A stretch of DNA of 16,029 nt, taken from the IMG/VR virus record IMGVR_UViG_2684622579_000002; one strand, written 5' to 3'. The position numbers were made by a program, and so were the translations under genes. The notes under the pieces are model-generated. The model saw nothing but the letters and a program-made list of their open reading frames with translations, did not search any database and had not been told where the DNA came from. Shown piece after piece: positions 1 to 7,954 of this stretch. The DNA is from a virus (lineage: Duplodnaviria > Heunggongvirae > Uroviricota > Caudoviricetes). Within the stretch, counting starts at the first letter, position 1. Each line of letters starts with the position of its first letter.

Positions 1-555
1 ATGCTTATTGGCTATGTACGTGTATCAACAAATGACCAGAATACCGATCTACAACGTAATGCGCTGAACTGTGCAGGATGTGAGCTGATTTTTGAAGACA
101 AGATAAGCGGTACAAAGTCCGACAGACCAGGACTGAAAAAGCTGCTCAGGACATTATCGGCAGGTGACACGCTGGTGGTCTGGAAACTGGACCGACTGGG
201 GCGCAGTATGCGGCATCTTGTCGTGCTGGTGGAGGAGTTGCGCGAACGAGGCATCAACTTTCGTAGTCTGACGGATTCAATTGATACCAGTACCCCAATG
301 GGGCGCTTTTTCTTTCATGTGATGGGTGCCTTGGCTGAAATGGAGCGTGAACTGATTGTTGAACGAACAAAAGCTGGACTGGAAGCAGCTCGCGCACAGG
401 GACGAATTGGTGGACGTCGCCCCAAACTTACACCAGAACAATGGGGGCAGGCCGGACGATTAATTGCATCAGGCGTTCCTCGCCAGAAGGTGGCGATCAT
501 CTATGATGTTGGTATATCGACACTGTATAAGAAGTTTCCGGTCGGAGATAAATGA
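1..555 (+). CDS. pin: Serine recombinase, DNA invertase of the Pin/Hin/Gin family (complete, 184 aa)
   Basis: N-terminus MLIGYVRVSTNDQ with the catalytic Ser context typical of resolvase/invertase enzymes; conserved RLGR and GRFFFHVMGALAEMERELI motifs; C-terminal HTH-like region (IASGVPRQKVAIIYDVGISTLYK). ATG at 1, TGA at 553-555. Confidence 0.85.
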   Translation: MLIGYVRVSTNDQNTDLQRNALNCAGCELIFEDKISGTKSDRPGLKKLLRTLSAGDTLVVWKLDRLGRSMRHLVVLVEELRERGINFRSLTDSIDTSTPMGRFFFHVMGALAEMERELIVERTKAGLEAARAQGRIGGRRPKLTPEQWGQAGRLIASGVPRQKVAIIYDVGISTLYKKFPVGDK

Positions 556-596
556 AACCGTAGCACGTCGTATGCAAGAAGATCGTGCTGCGGTTT
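555..596. repeat. Hairpin repeat copy A (about 13 bp stem with one G-T wobble, 16-nt loop tcgtatgcaagaagat) between convergent pin and GIY-YIG genes
   Basis: Positions 558-580 (ccgtagcacgtcgtatgcaagaa) match 1582-1605 (ccgtagccacgtcgtatgcaagaa) except for one inserted base. Stem arms 555-567 and 584-596 are complementary. Confidence 0.6.
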
Positions 597-615
597 ATGC
601 TTATCACTTAAAGAC

Positions 616-1485
<870 letters not shown>

Positions 1486-1580
1486 CTAAGCCTTTGAATT
1501 TACATAGTACAAAAAAGATACTTTTCCTCATAATGTGAATTAATTTTATGTTTCGTTTGATGATTGGACCGGTCTCGAAA

Positions 1581-1614
1581 CCCGTAGCCACGTCGTATGC
1601 AAGAACGTGCTACG
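1581..1614. repeat. Hairpin repeat copy B (9 bp stem with one bulge, 13-nt loop tcgtatgcaagaa) upstream of the GIY-YIG gene
   Basis: Direct-orientation near-identical copy of the element at 555-596; stem arms 1584-1592 and 1606-1613. Confidence 0.6.
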
Positions 1615-1885
1615 ACTGGCTGGTGAACTTCCGATAGTGCGAGTATTGAATGATTTCCAACTGTTATCGATTTTGCGTATTTTTTGCATGAGAGGATTTT
1701 TACCTCCTCCCGCCGATCCTCCATGGCTTTACGCCTGTGTCTCTGGTCTGCTATGTGCCAATAGCGGACATTGCTAACATTATCTAATACACAACAAAAA
1801 ATGTCAGTCTATATGATATCATCTACTGTCTTTTAAATTCCCCACCTGTCTCAGTTATTAGTGTTAGATAAGGAATCAAAAAATT

Positions 1886-2560
1886 ATGAGAGCATATAAA
1901 TTTAGGTCGGCTTCTCAAATAGCATTTACCCTAGATATAATTTTTAATCGTAGGCTTTTTTGCTCTGACTGGAAAATGTTGAATGACCCAATGGAAGGGA
2001 TGTTTGTTTTCTCTCATCAAACATCTGATGGTTACGACTATAAAAAAGAAATTCAGCAGATAATAGAAGAAAAGAAACGGCTTAAGGTTTGTTCTCTTTC
2101 AGCTACATATGAGTCTCATTTACTTTGGGCTCACTATGCTGGGGGGTTTGATGGTTGCGCTATCGAAATTGAAATCCCAGACAATCATCACAGTATTAAA
2201 CAAATTGAATATAGAGGTGTATTTGCAAATTTAGCAATGCCCAATATTTATAGTCCTGATGAACTTGCTAACCAAGTTTTATCCTCTAAATATCGAGAAT
2301 GGGAATACGAACAGGAAGTTAGGATTTTGCAAACGAATGAGTGGTTTTACTTAGATAAACCAGTTCGACGAGTAATAGCAGGGCATAGAATGCCTTCGGC
2401 ATTATTTGAAGCCATGAATATAATATGCAACTCGATGGGGATTGAATTTTGCCGTACTGGAATTGGTGATGAGGGGATTGATGCCGATTATGTTGAGCCC
2501 TCAAAAATTCTAACGCCGAATAATCATCTTGACTGGGATGTACTAAAAAATGACCGATGA
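1886..2560 (+). CDS. Hypothetical protein, DUF2971-like (224 aa)
   Basis: ORF with ATG at 1886, AGGA 11 nt upstream, AT-rich codon usage. LWAHYAGG and EWEYEQEVRIL motifs resemble what I recall of the DUF2971 family; this is unverified. Confidence 0.5.
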   Translation: MRAYKFRSASQIAFTLDIIFNRRLFCSDWKMLNDPMEGMFVFSHQTSDGYDYKKEIQQIIEEKKRLKVCSLSATYESHLLWAHYAGGFDGCAIEIEIPDNHHSIKQIEYRGVFANLAMPNIYSPDELANQVLSSKYREWEYEQEVRILQTNEWFYLDKPVRRVIAGHRMPSALFEAMNIICNSMGIEFCRTGIGDEGIDADYVEPSKILTPNNHLDWDVLKNDR

Positions 2561-2699
2561 ATTAGAGATTTATATGGTTAGCAGAGTGTAAGGCTCAAGA
2601 TTCCCACGCTCAATAACCAATTGATTGTGAATAACTTTCACCCACAATTGCTCGATATGAAACTATGAGCAATTGTGATGTAAATGTATGCAACAGGTT

Positions 2700-3326
2700 T
2701 TATATCTTATTCCCAAGTATTAACTGTGTTGAGCGAGCCATAATTCTAAATATAAATGGCATACCCTCTGTTAGCTCATCGAGTGTTGGCGTTCGCCTGC
2801 TTGCTTCCAAAAGTATTGAACGCAGAAACTCAACTTCTGGATCACATGCAATTTCTTCATCCAATGCCTTAAGTTTGCCTTTTATTTCTTTTATCTCTGA
2901 CAAACTATGGTTGAGGGTTTCACTTCCCTTTATTTCTGAAAGTATACGTCTTTCATGGTAATTAAGTTGCTCACGGAAAAACAATGCCATACTGGCTTTC
3001 TTTACTAAAAGCTCCATTTCCTTTCTTTTTTTCTCAAGATCTAAGATTTCTTCTTGAGTTGAGTTTTTATTCGTTTTTAGGGATTTTAACTCACTAATAG
3101 TCTTAGTTATGGACTCTAATGAAGTGGCCTCAAGCTGTTCTAAATCTGACTGTGTAATAGCAGGCTTCGACAATGAATAGATGCAAACAATAGTCATTAC
3201 AAAACCTACAATAGCCATCCCATTTAAATAAATTGGCAGTTCCAATTTATTTAAATACGCAAATAAACCACCTATAATGAAATAAGCCATACTTAACAAA
3301 ACCAGTACAGTACAAAACCGCCTCAT
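2700..3326 (-). CDS. Membrane-anchored coiled-coil protein (208 aa), function unknown
   Basis: Two N-terminal hydrophobic segments (VLVLLSMAYFIIGGLFAYL and GMAIVGFVMTIVCIYSL) followed by a charged heptad-like region (EEILDLEKKRKEMELLVKK). GAGG SD 6 nt upstream of the ATG at 3324-3326. Confidence 0.55.
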   Translation of the reverse strand: MRRFCTVLVLLSMAYFIIGGLFAYLNKLELPIYLNGMAIVGFVMTIVCIYSLSKPAITQSDLEQLEATSLESITKTISELKSLKTNKNSTQEEILDLEKKRKEMELLVKKASMALFFREQLNYHERRILSEIKGSETLNHSLSEIKEIKGKLKALDEEIACDPEVEFLRSILLEASRRTPTLDELTEGMPFIFRIMARSTQLILGNKI

Positions 3327-3754
3327 TCTAACCTCGTTAAATTTTTTTAGTTTATATGGTTAACCTACTAAAACCTTGTTCCCAGCATTTCGAGCAGGAA
3401 CTTTACGTTCCTCACTTGAGCAAGCTACTGCGGCAACACAATATCTTAACTTAATAAACTTAACTAGCAAGCTACTCATAACGTCCGCTCTTCGCTCATA
3501 ACAGACATAAACTTCAGTTATGGCATAAAGGTATGCATGCTGGGTGGGGAAAGTATGAAGGAAAAGAAGACTGCTGCGCCGTTTGTCGTCACGTTTATCT
3601 TCATTGGCTATGCAAGTCGTAATACAAGGTGGGACAAAACTGAGACACATAAGGCCTCGCAATGGCTTGCAAGGCTTTACATGTTTTGATGTAGTGGGAC
3701 GTGTGAGCGCAGTGTTGATGGGGTAATGCTTTGAATTAGAAGCGGATTCTTATA

Positions 3755-3800
3755 ATTCGTAATGCGAAGGTCGTAGGTTCGACTCCTATTATCGGCACCA
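3755..3800 (+). other. 46-nt 3' fragment of a tRNA-Thr(CGU)-like gene (anticodon loop through CCA) lacking the 5' half: probable att core or direct repeat at an island junction
   Basis: attcgtaatgcgaaggtcgtaggttcgactcctattatcggcacca contains an anticodon loop with CGT, a T-arm GGTTCGACTCC and an acceptor 3' strand TATCGGC-A-CCA. No complementary GCCGATA acceptor 5' strand is present upstream, so this is not an intact tRNA. Confidence 0.7.
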
Positions 3801-3964
3801 TCACCTAGTTTTCCCAAGTCAACCCACATCAACAAAATCATTTAAAAACATATATATTACGTTATTTTCATACGTTTGAGGTCAACCCTTGTCTCTTGAA
3901 ATCAACACGCGGTTGGGGGCACAATCAGGGGCATGTTCTGTTCGGTCTAGGAAATGTGCCCCCA

Positions 3965-5155
3965 ATGATGCTGAATGCCCGCAAGGTTGAAGCTGCGAAA
4001 GGAAAAGAGAAGAGCTACAAGCTGTTTGATGGAGGTGGCCTATACCTTCAGGTCGAACCTAATGGCTCGCGTTACTGGCGTATGAAATACCGTTTTGCTG
4101 GTAAAGAGAAACGATTGTCCTTTGGTGTTTATCCAACAGTCACACTTGCTGATGCCAGACAAAAACGAGAAGACGCGAAGAAACTACTCGCAGCAGGTGA
4201 AGATCCCGGCGAAGTCAAAAAAGCCAAAAAGCAGGCTTTAAATGCAGCGATTGAGACACTTAACCCATTCAGAGAAGTGGCGTTAGAGTGGCACAAAATG
4301 AAATCACCCAAATGGTCTGAGGGCTATGCTTCCGACATCATTGAGGCATTCGAGAAAGACATTTTCCCGCATATTGGGCACAGACCTATAGCTGATATTC
4401 AGCCCCTTGAACTGCTTGAAGTTCTGAGGTTGATAGAAGCTCGAGGCGCTATGGAGAAAGCGAAGAAAGTCCGTCAGCGATGCGGTGAAGTTTTTCGCTA
4501 TGCCATCGTAACGGGTAGGGCAATCTACAATCCGGCACCGGATCTTGCCAGTGCGATGCAAGGACATGAAGCAGTCCACTATCCATTCCTCAAAGCCAAC
4601 GAACTACCGGAGTTCTTTAATGCCCTTAATTCTTATTCAGGAAGTCCAATTGTATTGTTGGGGGCGCATTTACTTATCCTGACAGGTCTACGAACTGGAG
4701 AACTACGAGCAGGTGAGTGGCGAGAGGTGGATTTTGATAATGCGGTGTGGGAGATCCCAAAAGAACGTATGAAAATGCGTAGGAGCCATATTGTCCCGTT
4801 GTCAAAACAAGCATTATCCCATCTCAAAAGTTTGAAAGAACTAACTGGGAACTACCCGCTGATGTTCCCTGGACGCAACGATCCTAGCAAATTTATGAGT
4901 GAAGCAAGCATTAATCAGGTGTTTAAACGTATTGGATATGCAGGGCGTGTTACGGGGCATGGTTTCAGGCATACGATGAGTACAATCCTACATGAGAAAG
5001 GATTTAACAGCGCTTGGATTGAAACCCAGCTTGCTCATTCGGACAAAAACTCTATTCGTGGAATTTATAACCATGCCCAATATCTCGAAGGGAGAAGAGA
5101 AATGATGCAATGGTATGCTAATTATTTATCTGAGCTAATTGGTACTCATAAATGA
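3965..5155 (+). CDS. int: Tyrosine recombinase, P4-type integrase (about 396 aa)
   Basis: N-terminal MLNARKVEAAKGKEKSYKLFDGGGLYLQV is the characteristic P4-integrase N-terminal arm; C-terminal catalytic region has HGFRHTMST and a downstream tyrosine context (IRGIYNHAQY). Immediately follows the tRNA 3' fragment. Start placed at ATG 3965/3968 rather than the TTG at 3896 given in the ORF track. Confidence 0.9.
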   Translation: MMLNARKVEAAKGKEKSYKLFDGGGLYLQVEPNGSRYWRMKYRFAGKEKRLSFGVYPTVTLADARQKREDAKKLLAAGEDPGEVKKAKKQALNAAIETLNPFREVALEWHKMKSPKWSEGYASDIIEAFEKDIFPHIGHRPIADIQPLELLEVLRLIEARGAMEKAKKVRQRCGEVFRYAIVTGRAIYNPAPDLASAMQGHEAVHYPFLKANELPEFFNALNSYSGSPIVLLGAHLLILTGLRTGELRAGEWREVDFDNAVWEIPKERMKMRRSHIVPLSKQALSHLKSLKELTGNYPLMFPGRNDPSKFMSEASINQVFKRIGYAGRVTGHGFRHTMSTILHEKGFNSAWIETQLAHSDKNSIRGIYNHAQYLEGRREMMQWYANYLSELIGTHK

Positions 5156-5976
5156 ATATTTTAAAAATTAATAATACTGATTCTCTGCTCAGAGATTACT
5201 ACCAGTTGGATGAAGCTTCAGAAAAAATTGGTTGTAGTGAAAAGGATATACTCTGGTTTGCCAGAGAACGAGATGTAGAGCTATGCATGGAATTCCATGA
5301 TGATGAGTATGATGTTTCATGTGGTTTGAAGATTGATGGTCAAATGGATGAGTTCTTATCTAATCTGAAATATTTACCACGAGATAGAAATGGCAATATT
5401 ATGTTGTCAGACTTAAGTTCTATAAGAATCCCTGATGAAGATAATTTAATTGATAAAAATGGTTTTATTCGATGTTTCATATCCGGTTTATGGGCTGTTG
5501 ATTATGAATATAAAGATCTGTTAGTTAAGCATGAGGGGCAACCGGATTCTTGGCCTATTCATTTTCTACTGGCGGGTACGCCTAATATAAATTGTAAGGT
5601 AATTCTTTATGTAAATTATGATGAAAAAGAAAATTATTATCTTTTTGAGGTTTTGTGGATTACAAAGGTACAGATTCAAAAATTCATTGATATAGTCTTA
5701 TGCGAACAAAAGCGGATAAAAAACGCCAATAAATATAAATCACAATCTGAGGCGCAAAAACAAAAACATGCTGTTCCTCGAGCTGAAATACTCATGGCTA
5801 TTATTTCGCTCTATCATCGTGATATGAGGCTAAGAAGAGAGAGTCCAGCAGCGATAGCTGATTATCTTTTTCAACATGCCAGTGAGTTCTGGCCTAAGAC
5901 CGGAGAACCGCCTTTGAGCTATGATACTGTTGTTAGTTTGCTACGTAGTTGCATGAAAAACATTAAGTTTAACTAA
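5152..5976 (+). CDS. Hypothetical protein (274 aa), AT-rich, translationally coupled to the integrase
   Basis: ATGA overlap with the integrase stop (ATG 5152, TGA 5153-5155); AT-rich codon usage unlike the GC-rich replication module; no motif I can assign. Confidence 0.6.
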   Translation: MNILKINNTDSLLRDYYQLDEASEKIGCSEKDILWFARERDVELCMEFHDDEYDVSCGLKIDGQMDEFLSNLKYLPRDRNGNIMLSDLSSIRIPDEDNLIDKNGFIRCFISGLWAVDYEYKDLLVKHEGQPDSWPIHFLLAGTPNINCKVILYVNYDEKENYYLFEVLWITKVQIQKFIDIVLCEQKRIKNANKYKSQSEAQKQKHAVPRAEILMAIISLYHRDMRLRRESPAAIADYLFQHASEFWPKTGEPPLSYDTVVSLLRSCMKNIKFN

Positions 5977-6101
5977 ATATTAACAATTATTGTGGCTAAT
6001 GATTTTGGATTTTTTTCATTAGTCACATTTTTCTCATTTATAACCTATGTTTTAATTTTCCGTGTTGAAGCCAATAGACTTAGATAAACGGAGAATGATG
6101 A

Positions 6102-6392
6102 ATGTTATCTAAACATGATAATACTACTTTGCAACGACCTTCAATGGATTCTCTGATCGATATGAAGTTTATTACTTCCGATTGTTTATTAAGTGATAAA
6201 TGGATTTATCGATTGATTTCTCTGAATCGCTTTCCAAAACCTATAAAAATAGGTCGGATGTCACGATGGCGCGCTGCTGATTATTATAAGTGGCGAGATG
6301 GGTTTGAAGAAAACTCAGGTCAACATTTTGAGGGAATGAGAAATAAGGCAAGAGCAATTAATAAAGGGAATAGATTATCACCTACTCCCTAA
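6102..6392 (+). CDS. alpA: AlpA-family phage transcriptional regulator (small DNA-binding protein)
   Basis: IYRLISLNRFPKPIKIGRMSRWRAADYYKW resembles the AlpA/phage regulatory protein HTH signature; GGAG SD 8 nt upstream of ATG 6102. Shorter starts at 6144 or 6162 are possible. Confidence 0.7.
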   Translation: MLSKHDNTTLQRPSMDSLIDMKFITSDCLLSDKWIYRLISLNRFPKPIKIGRMSRWRAADYYKWRDGFEENSGQHFEGMRNKARAINKGNRLSPTP

Positions 6393-6424
6393 GCCTTAAT
6401 TGATAGTTAGTAATATTTAACTGA

Positions 6425-6598
6425 TTAGCCTTTAGGGTCAATCCCGCGTGATTGGAGTTCTTTGCGTAAAATTCTTTTAATCCAAGTTGCCAACGCGCTA
6501 TCTCCATCTTTGCGCATTTCGTTTTCGAGTTGCAACCTAAAATCGTCGGTAAGACGCATTTGGAATGGTGGAGAACGTTTCTCTTGTGGTGTTGACAT
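6425..6598 (-). CDS. Arc/MetJ-type ribbon-helix-helix DNA-binding protein (57 aa), absent from the supplied ORF track
   Basis: Hand-translated minus-strand ORF MSTPQEKRSPPFQMRLTDDFRLQLENEMRKDGDSALATWIKRILRKELQSRGIDPKG; the PPFQMRL segment resembles the Arc N-terminal beta-strand motif (PQFNLR). Start codon overlaps a palindromic operator. Confidence 0.6.
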   Translation of the reverse strand: MSTPQEKRSPPFQMRLTDDFRLQLENEMRKDGDSALATWIKRILRKELQSRGIDPKG

Positions 6599-6638
6599 GG
6601 TAATTACCCTAGAATATGATGACTACATGGTAATTACC
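6595..6638. promoter_or_regulatory. Two copies of the 14-bp repeat ACATGGTAATTACC, each containing the perfect palindrome GGTAATTACC, 30 bp apart: putative operators
   Basis: Palindromes at 6599-6608 and 6629-6638; the first overlaps the start codon of the Arc-like gene, the second lies in its promoter region, within the divergent intergenic region 6599-6729. Confidence 0.55.
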
Positions 6639-6666
6639 ATTGTAAGTATAGTTCGCTTGTAAAAGC

Positions 6667-6701
6667 AATGCCCGATTGTGCGGGAACACAAATCGGGCAT
6701 T
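6667..6701. promoter_or_regulatory. 14-bp-stem inverted repeat (AATGCCCGATTGTG / CACAAATCGGGCATT, loop cgggaa) in the leader of the replication operon
   Basis: Arms 6667-6680 and 6687-6701 are complementary with one bulge; located 29 nt upstream of ATG 6730; no U-tract follows. Confidence 0.45.
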
Positions 6702-6729
6702 TAACCAACCGTTATAAGAGGTAACGAAG

Positions 6730-6906
6730 ATGGCTAAACAGAAGTGTACCTGGTTATTTGCGGCGATCAACCGCAGTCAACGCAATGCCCGTCCTGTGAT
6801 GTTAAGGATCACCGCAGATAACGAGCGGTCAGCGCGGCGCAGACTTGCCCCGGACTATGTACTGAGCTTTGCCGGGCGCATTCCCTGCGGAGGTGAACAT
6901 GCGTAA
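6730..6906 (+). CDS. Small protein (58 aa), first gene of the replication operon; possibly Icd-like
   Basis: Hand-translated MAKQKCTWLFAAINRSQRNARPVMLRITADNERSARRRLAPDYVLSFAGRIPCGGEHA; AAGAGG SD 8 nt upstream; stop overlaps the next gene start (ATGCGTAA). Family assignment is from memory and weak. Confidence 0.5.
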   Translation: MAKQKCTWLFAAINRSQRNARPVMLRITADNERSARRRLAPDYVLSFAGRIPCGGEHA

Positions 6907-7258
6907 TTATCCGCACCCCGGCGAACGCTGGCAGCATGAACGTGGCTGGACGGTCACGATTATCCGATTAATAGAAGCCTCGCCCTCTGTGGCGCTGGTT
7001 AATCCTGAATTCAGCTGTGAAGTGCTGATACGTCATGACAGCGACAACCAGCTTTCTTCCTGCCCTCTGGCATGGTTTGAACAGCGGTATACGCGCCTGT
7101 TTGATGTACCGCTCTTTAAGCCTGCACCAGCTCCTGCAGGCGGTAGTGGTTCCGGCCCGCTGACACTGCATCCGTCTGTGCTATTTATCCGCTGGCGGGA
7201 GCGTAGCATATGGCGTTCTGCTGAGCCTGACGACGGTCACTATTCAAAGTTTCTCTGA
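6899..7258 (+). CDS. Hypothetical protein (120 aa)
   Basis: ATG at 6899 preceded by GGAGGT; GC-rich codon usage consistent with neighbours; the ORF track extended it to an upstream alternative start at 6869. Confidence 0.5.
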   Translation: MRNYPHPGERWQHERGWTVTIIRLIEASPSVALVNPEFSCEVLIRHDSDNQLSSCPLAWFEQRYTRLFDVPLFKPAPAPAGGSGSGPLTLHPSVLFIRWRERSIWRSAEPDDGHYSKFL

Positions 7259-7289
7259 CAAAATACCGCTGAAAACGGAGTAATCCACG

Positions 7290-7574
7290 ATGAATATTTC
7301 AAACGGGCACAACGGTGCTCAGGGCCACACTTTGCCTGAAAAACACAATACCGGTGCTTTTGCCTATGGGTTGTCAGAGGACAGTTTCGGAAAGCTGACC
7401 CGCGCAAGAAATGCCTGCGACATGCTCCAGCTTCTCTTTTCTGAATACCCGTCTCAGGCCGGAGCACTGGACGCTGGCTGTGCGCATGGTGTCGCCGCGC
7501 TGATGGAGTACCTGCTGGCAGATTTGACGGATATTGCACACAGTTGCGCACTGATTGAAGGAGGTGCCAGATGA
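7290..7574 (+). CDS. Hypothetical protein (94 aa)
   Basis: ATG 7290 with GGAG 8 nt upstream; stop overlaps the next start. Confidence 0.5.
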   Translation: MNISNGHNGAQGHTLPEKHNTGAFAYGLSEDSFGKLTRARNACDMLQLLFSEYPSQAGALDAGCAHGVAALMEYLLADLTDIAHSCALIEGGAR

Positions 7575-7954
7575 ACCAGCCGCAGGTTTCCATTTTCCCG
7601 GCAGAAATGACCACCGCGCTTTACCGGCGGGCTATTGCTTCAGCATGGCGGCAGAAAATGCTGAACGAAACTGGCAGTGATCAGTATGGTCCGCACAGCC
7701 TGACGGTGGAGCGTATTGAAATGGCCATTGCGCTGCATATCGAGTGCGTACTGATTAACGAGTACGGCGAAGTGCAGGGCGCCGCTACCGCGCTGGCACT
7801 GCTGACTGACATGCTGGAGCCGTCACTGCTGACCGCGCCGCCGGTACTGACCGCGCGCGGCTGTGAAGTGATGGCGGAGATGTACCGCACGCTTCCGGCG
7901 GCCTTTGATGACTTCTGCAGTACCGGTGTGACGTTGTATGAGGGGGAAGTATGA
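7571..7954 (+). CDS. Hypothetical protein (127 aa)
   Basis: ATG 7571 with GGAGGT SD; ATGA overlaps at both ends indicate translational coupling into the primase gene. Confidence 0.55.
   Translation: MNQPQVSIFPAEMTTALYRRAIASAWRQKMLNETGSDQYGPHSLTVERIEMAIALHIECVLINEYGEVQGAATALALLTDMLEPSLLTAPPVLTARGCEVMAEMYRTLPAAFDDFCSTGVTLYEGEV

Noticed and set aside
12-500. Minus-strand ORFs 12-257 and 315-500 inside the pin gene
   Set aside because: Antisense to a strongly supported invertase CDS.
1500-1724. Minus-strand ORF 1500-1724 (74 aa) overlapping hairpin repeat B
   Set aside because: It spans the hairpin repeat and has no RBS; the repeat structure is the more parsimonious explanation of the sequence.
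2665-2961. Plus-strand ORF 2665-2961 (98 aa)
   Set aside because: Antisense to the membrane coiled-coil gene; Ser-rich low-complexity translation; no RBS.
2569-3362. 12-mer TTTATATGGTTA present at 2569-2580 and 3351-3362, flanking the membrane protein gene
   Set aside because: A single exact AT-rich 12-mer pair is within chance expectation for a 16-kb window (several random 12-mer matches are expected); no extended similarity around it.
3360-3662. Minus-strand ORF 3360-3662 (100 aa)
   Set aside because: No SD, Cys-rich odd composition, in a region more plausibly non-coding (upstream region of the membrane protein gene and att-proximal DNA).
3896-3964. N-terminal extension of the integrase from the TTG at 3896 (MKSTRGWGHNQGH...)
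   Set aside because: P4-type integrases begin with an ML..RK..A motif, matching the ATG at 3965/3968; the extension starts at a non-ATG codon just after the att fragment and has no SD.
4129-4827. Minus-strand ORFs inside the integrase gene (4129-4311, 4304-4579, 4633-4827)
   Set aside because: Antisense to a well-supported integrase CDS.
6462-6662. Plus-strand ORF 6462-6662 (66 aa)
   Set aside because: It is antisense to the Arc-like gene and runs across both palindromic operators; no recognisable features. The minus-strand RHH ORF explains the region better.
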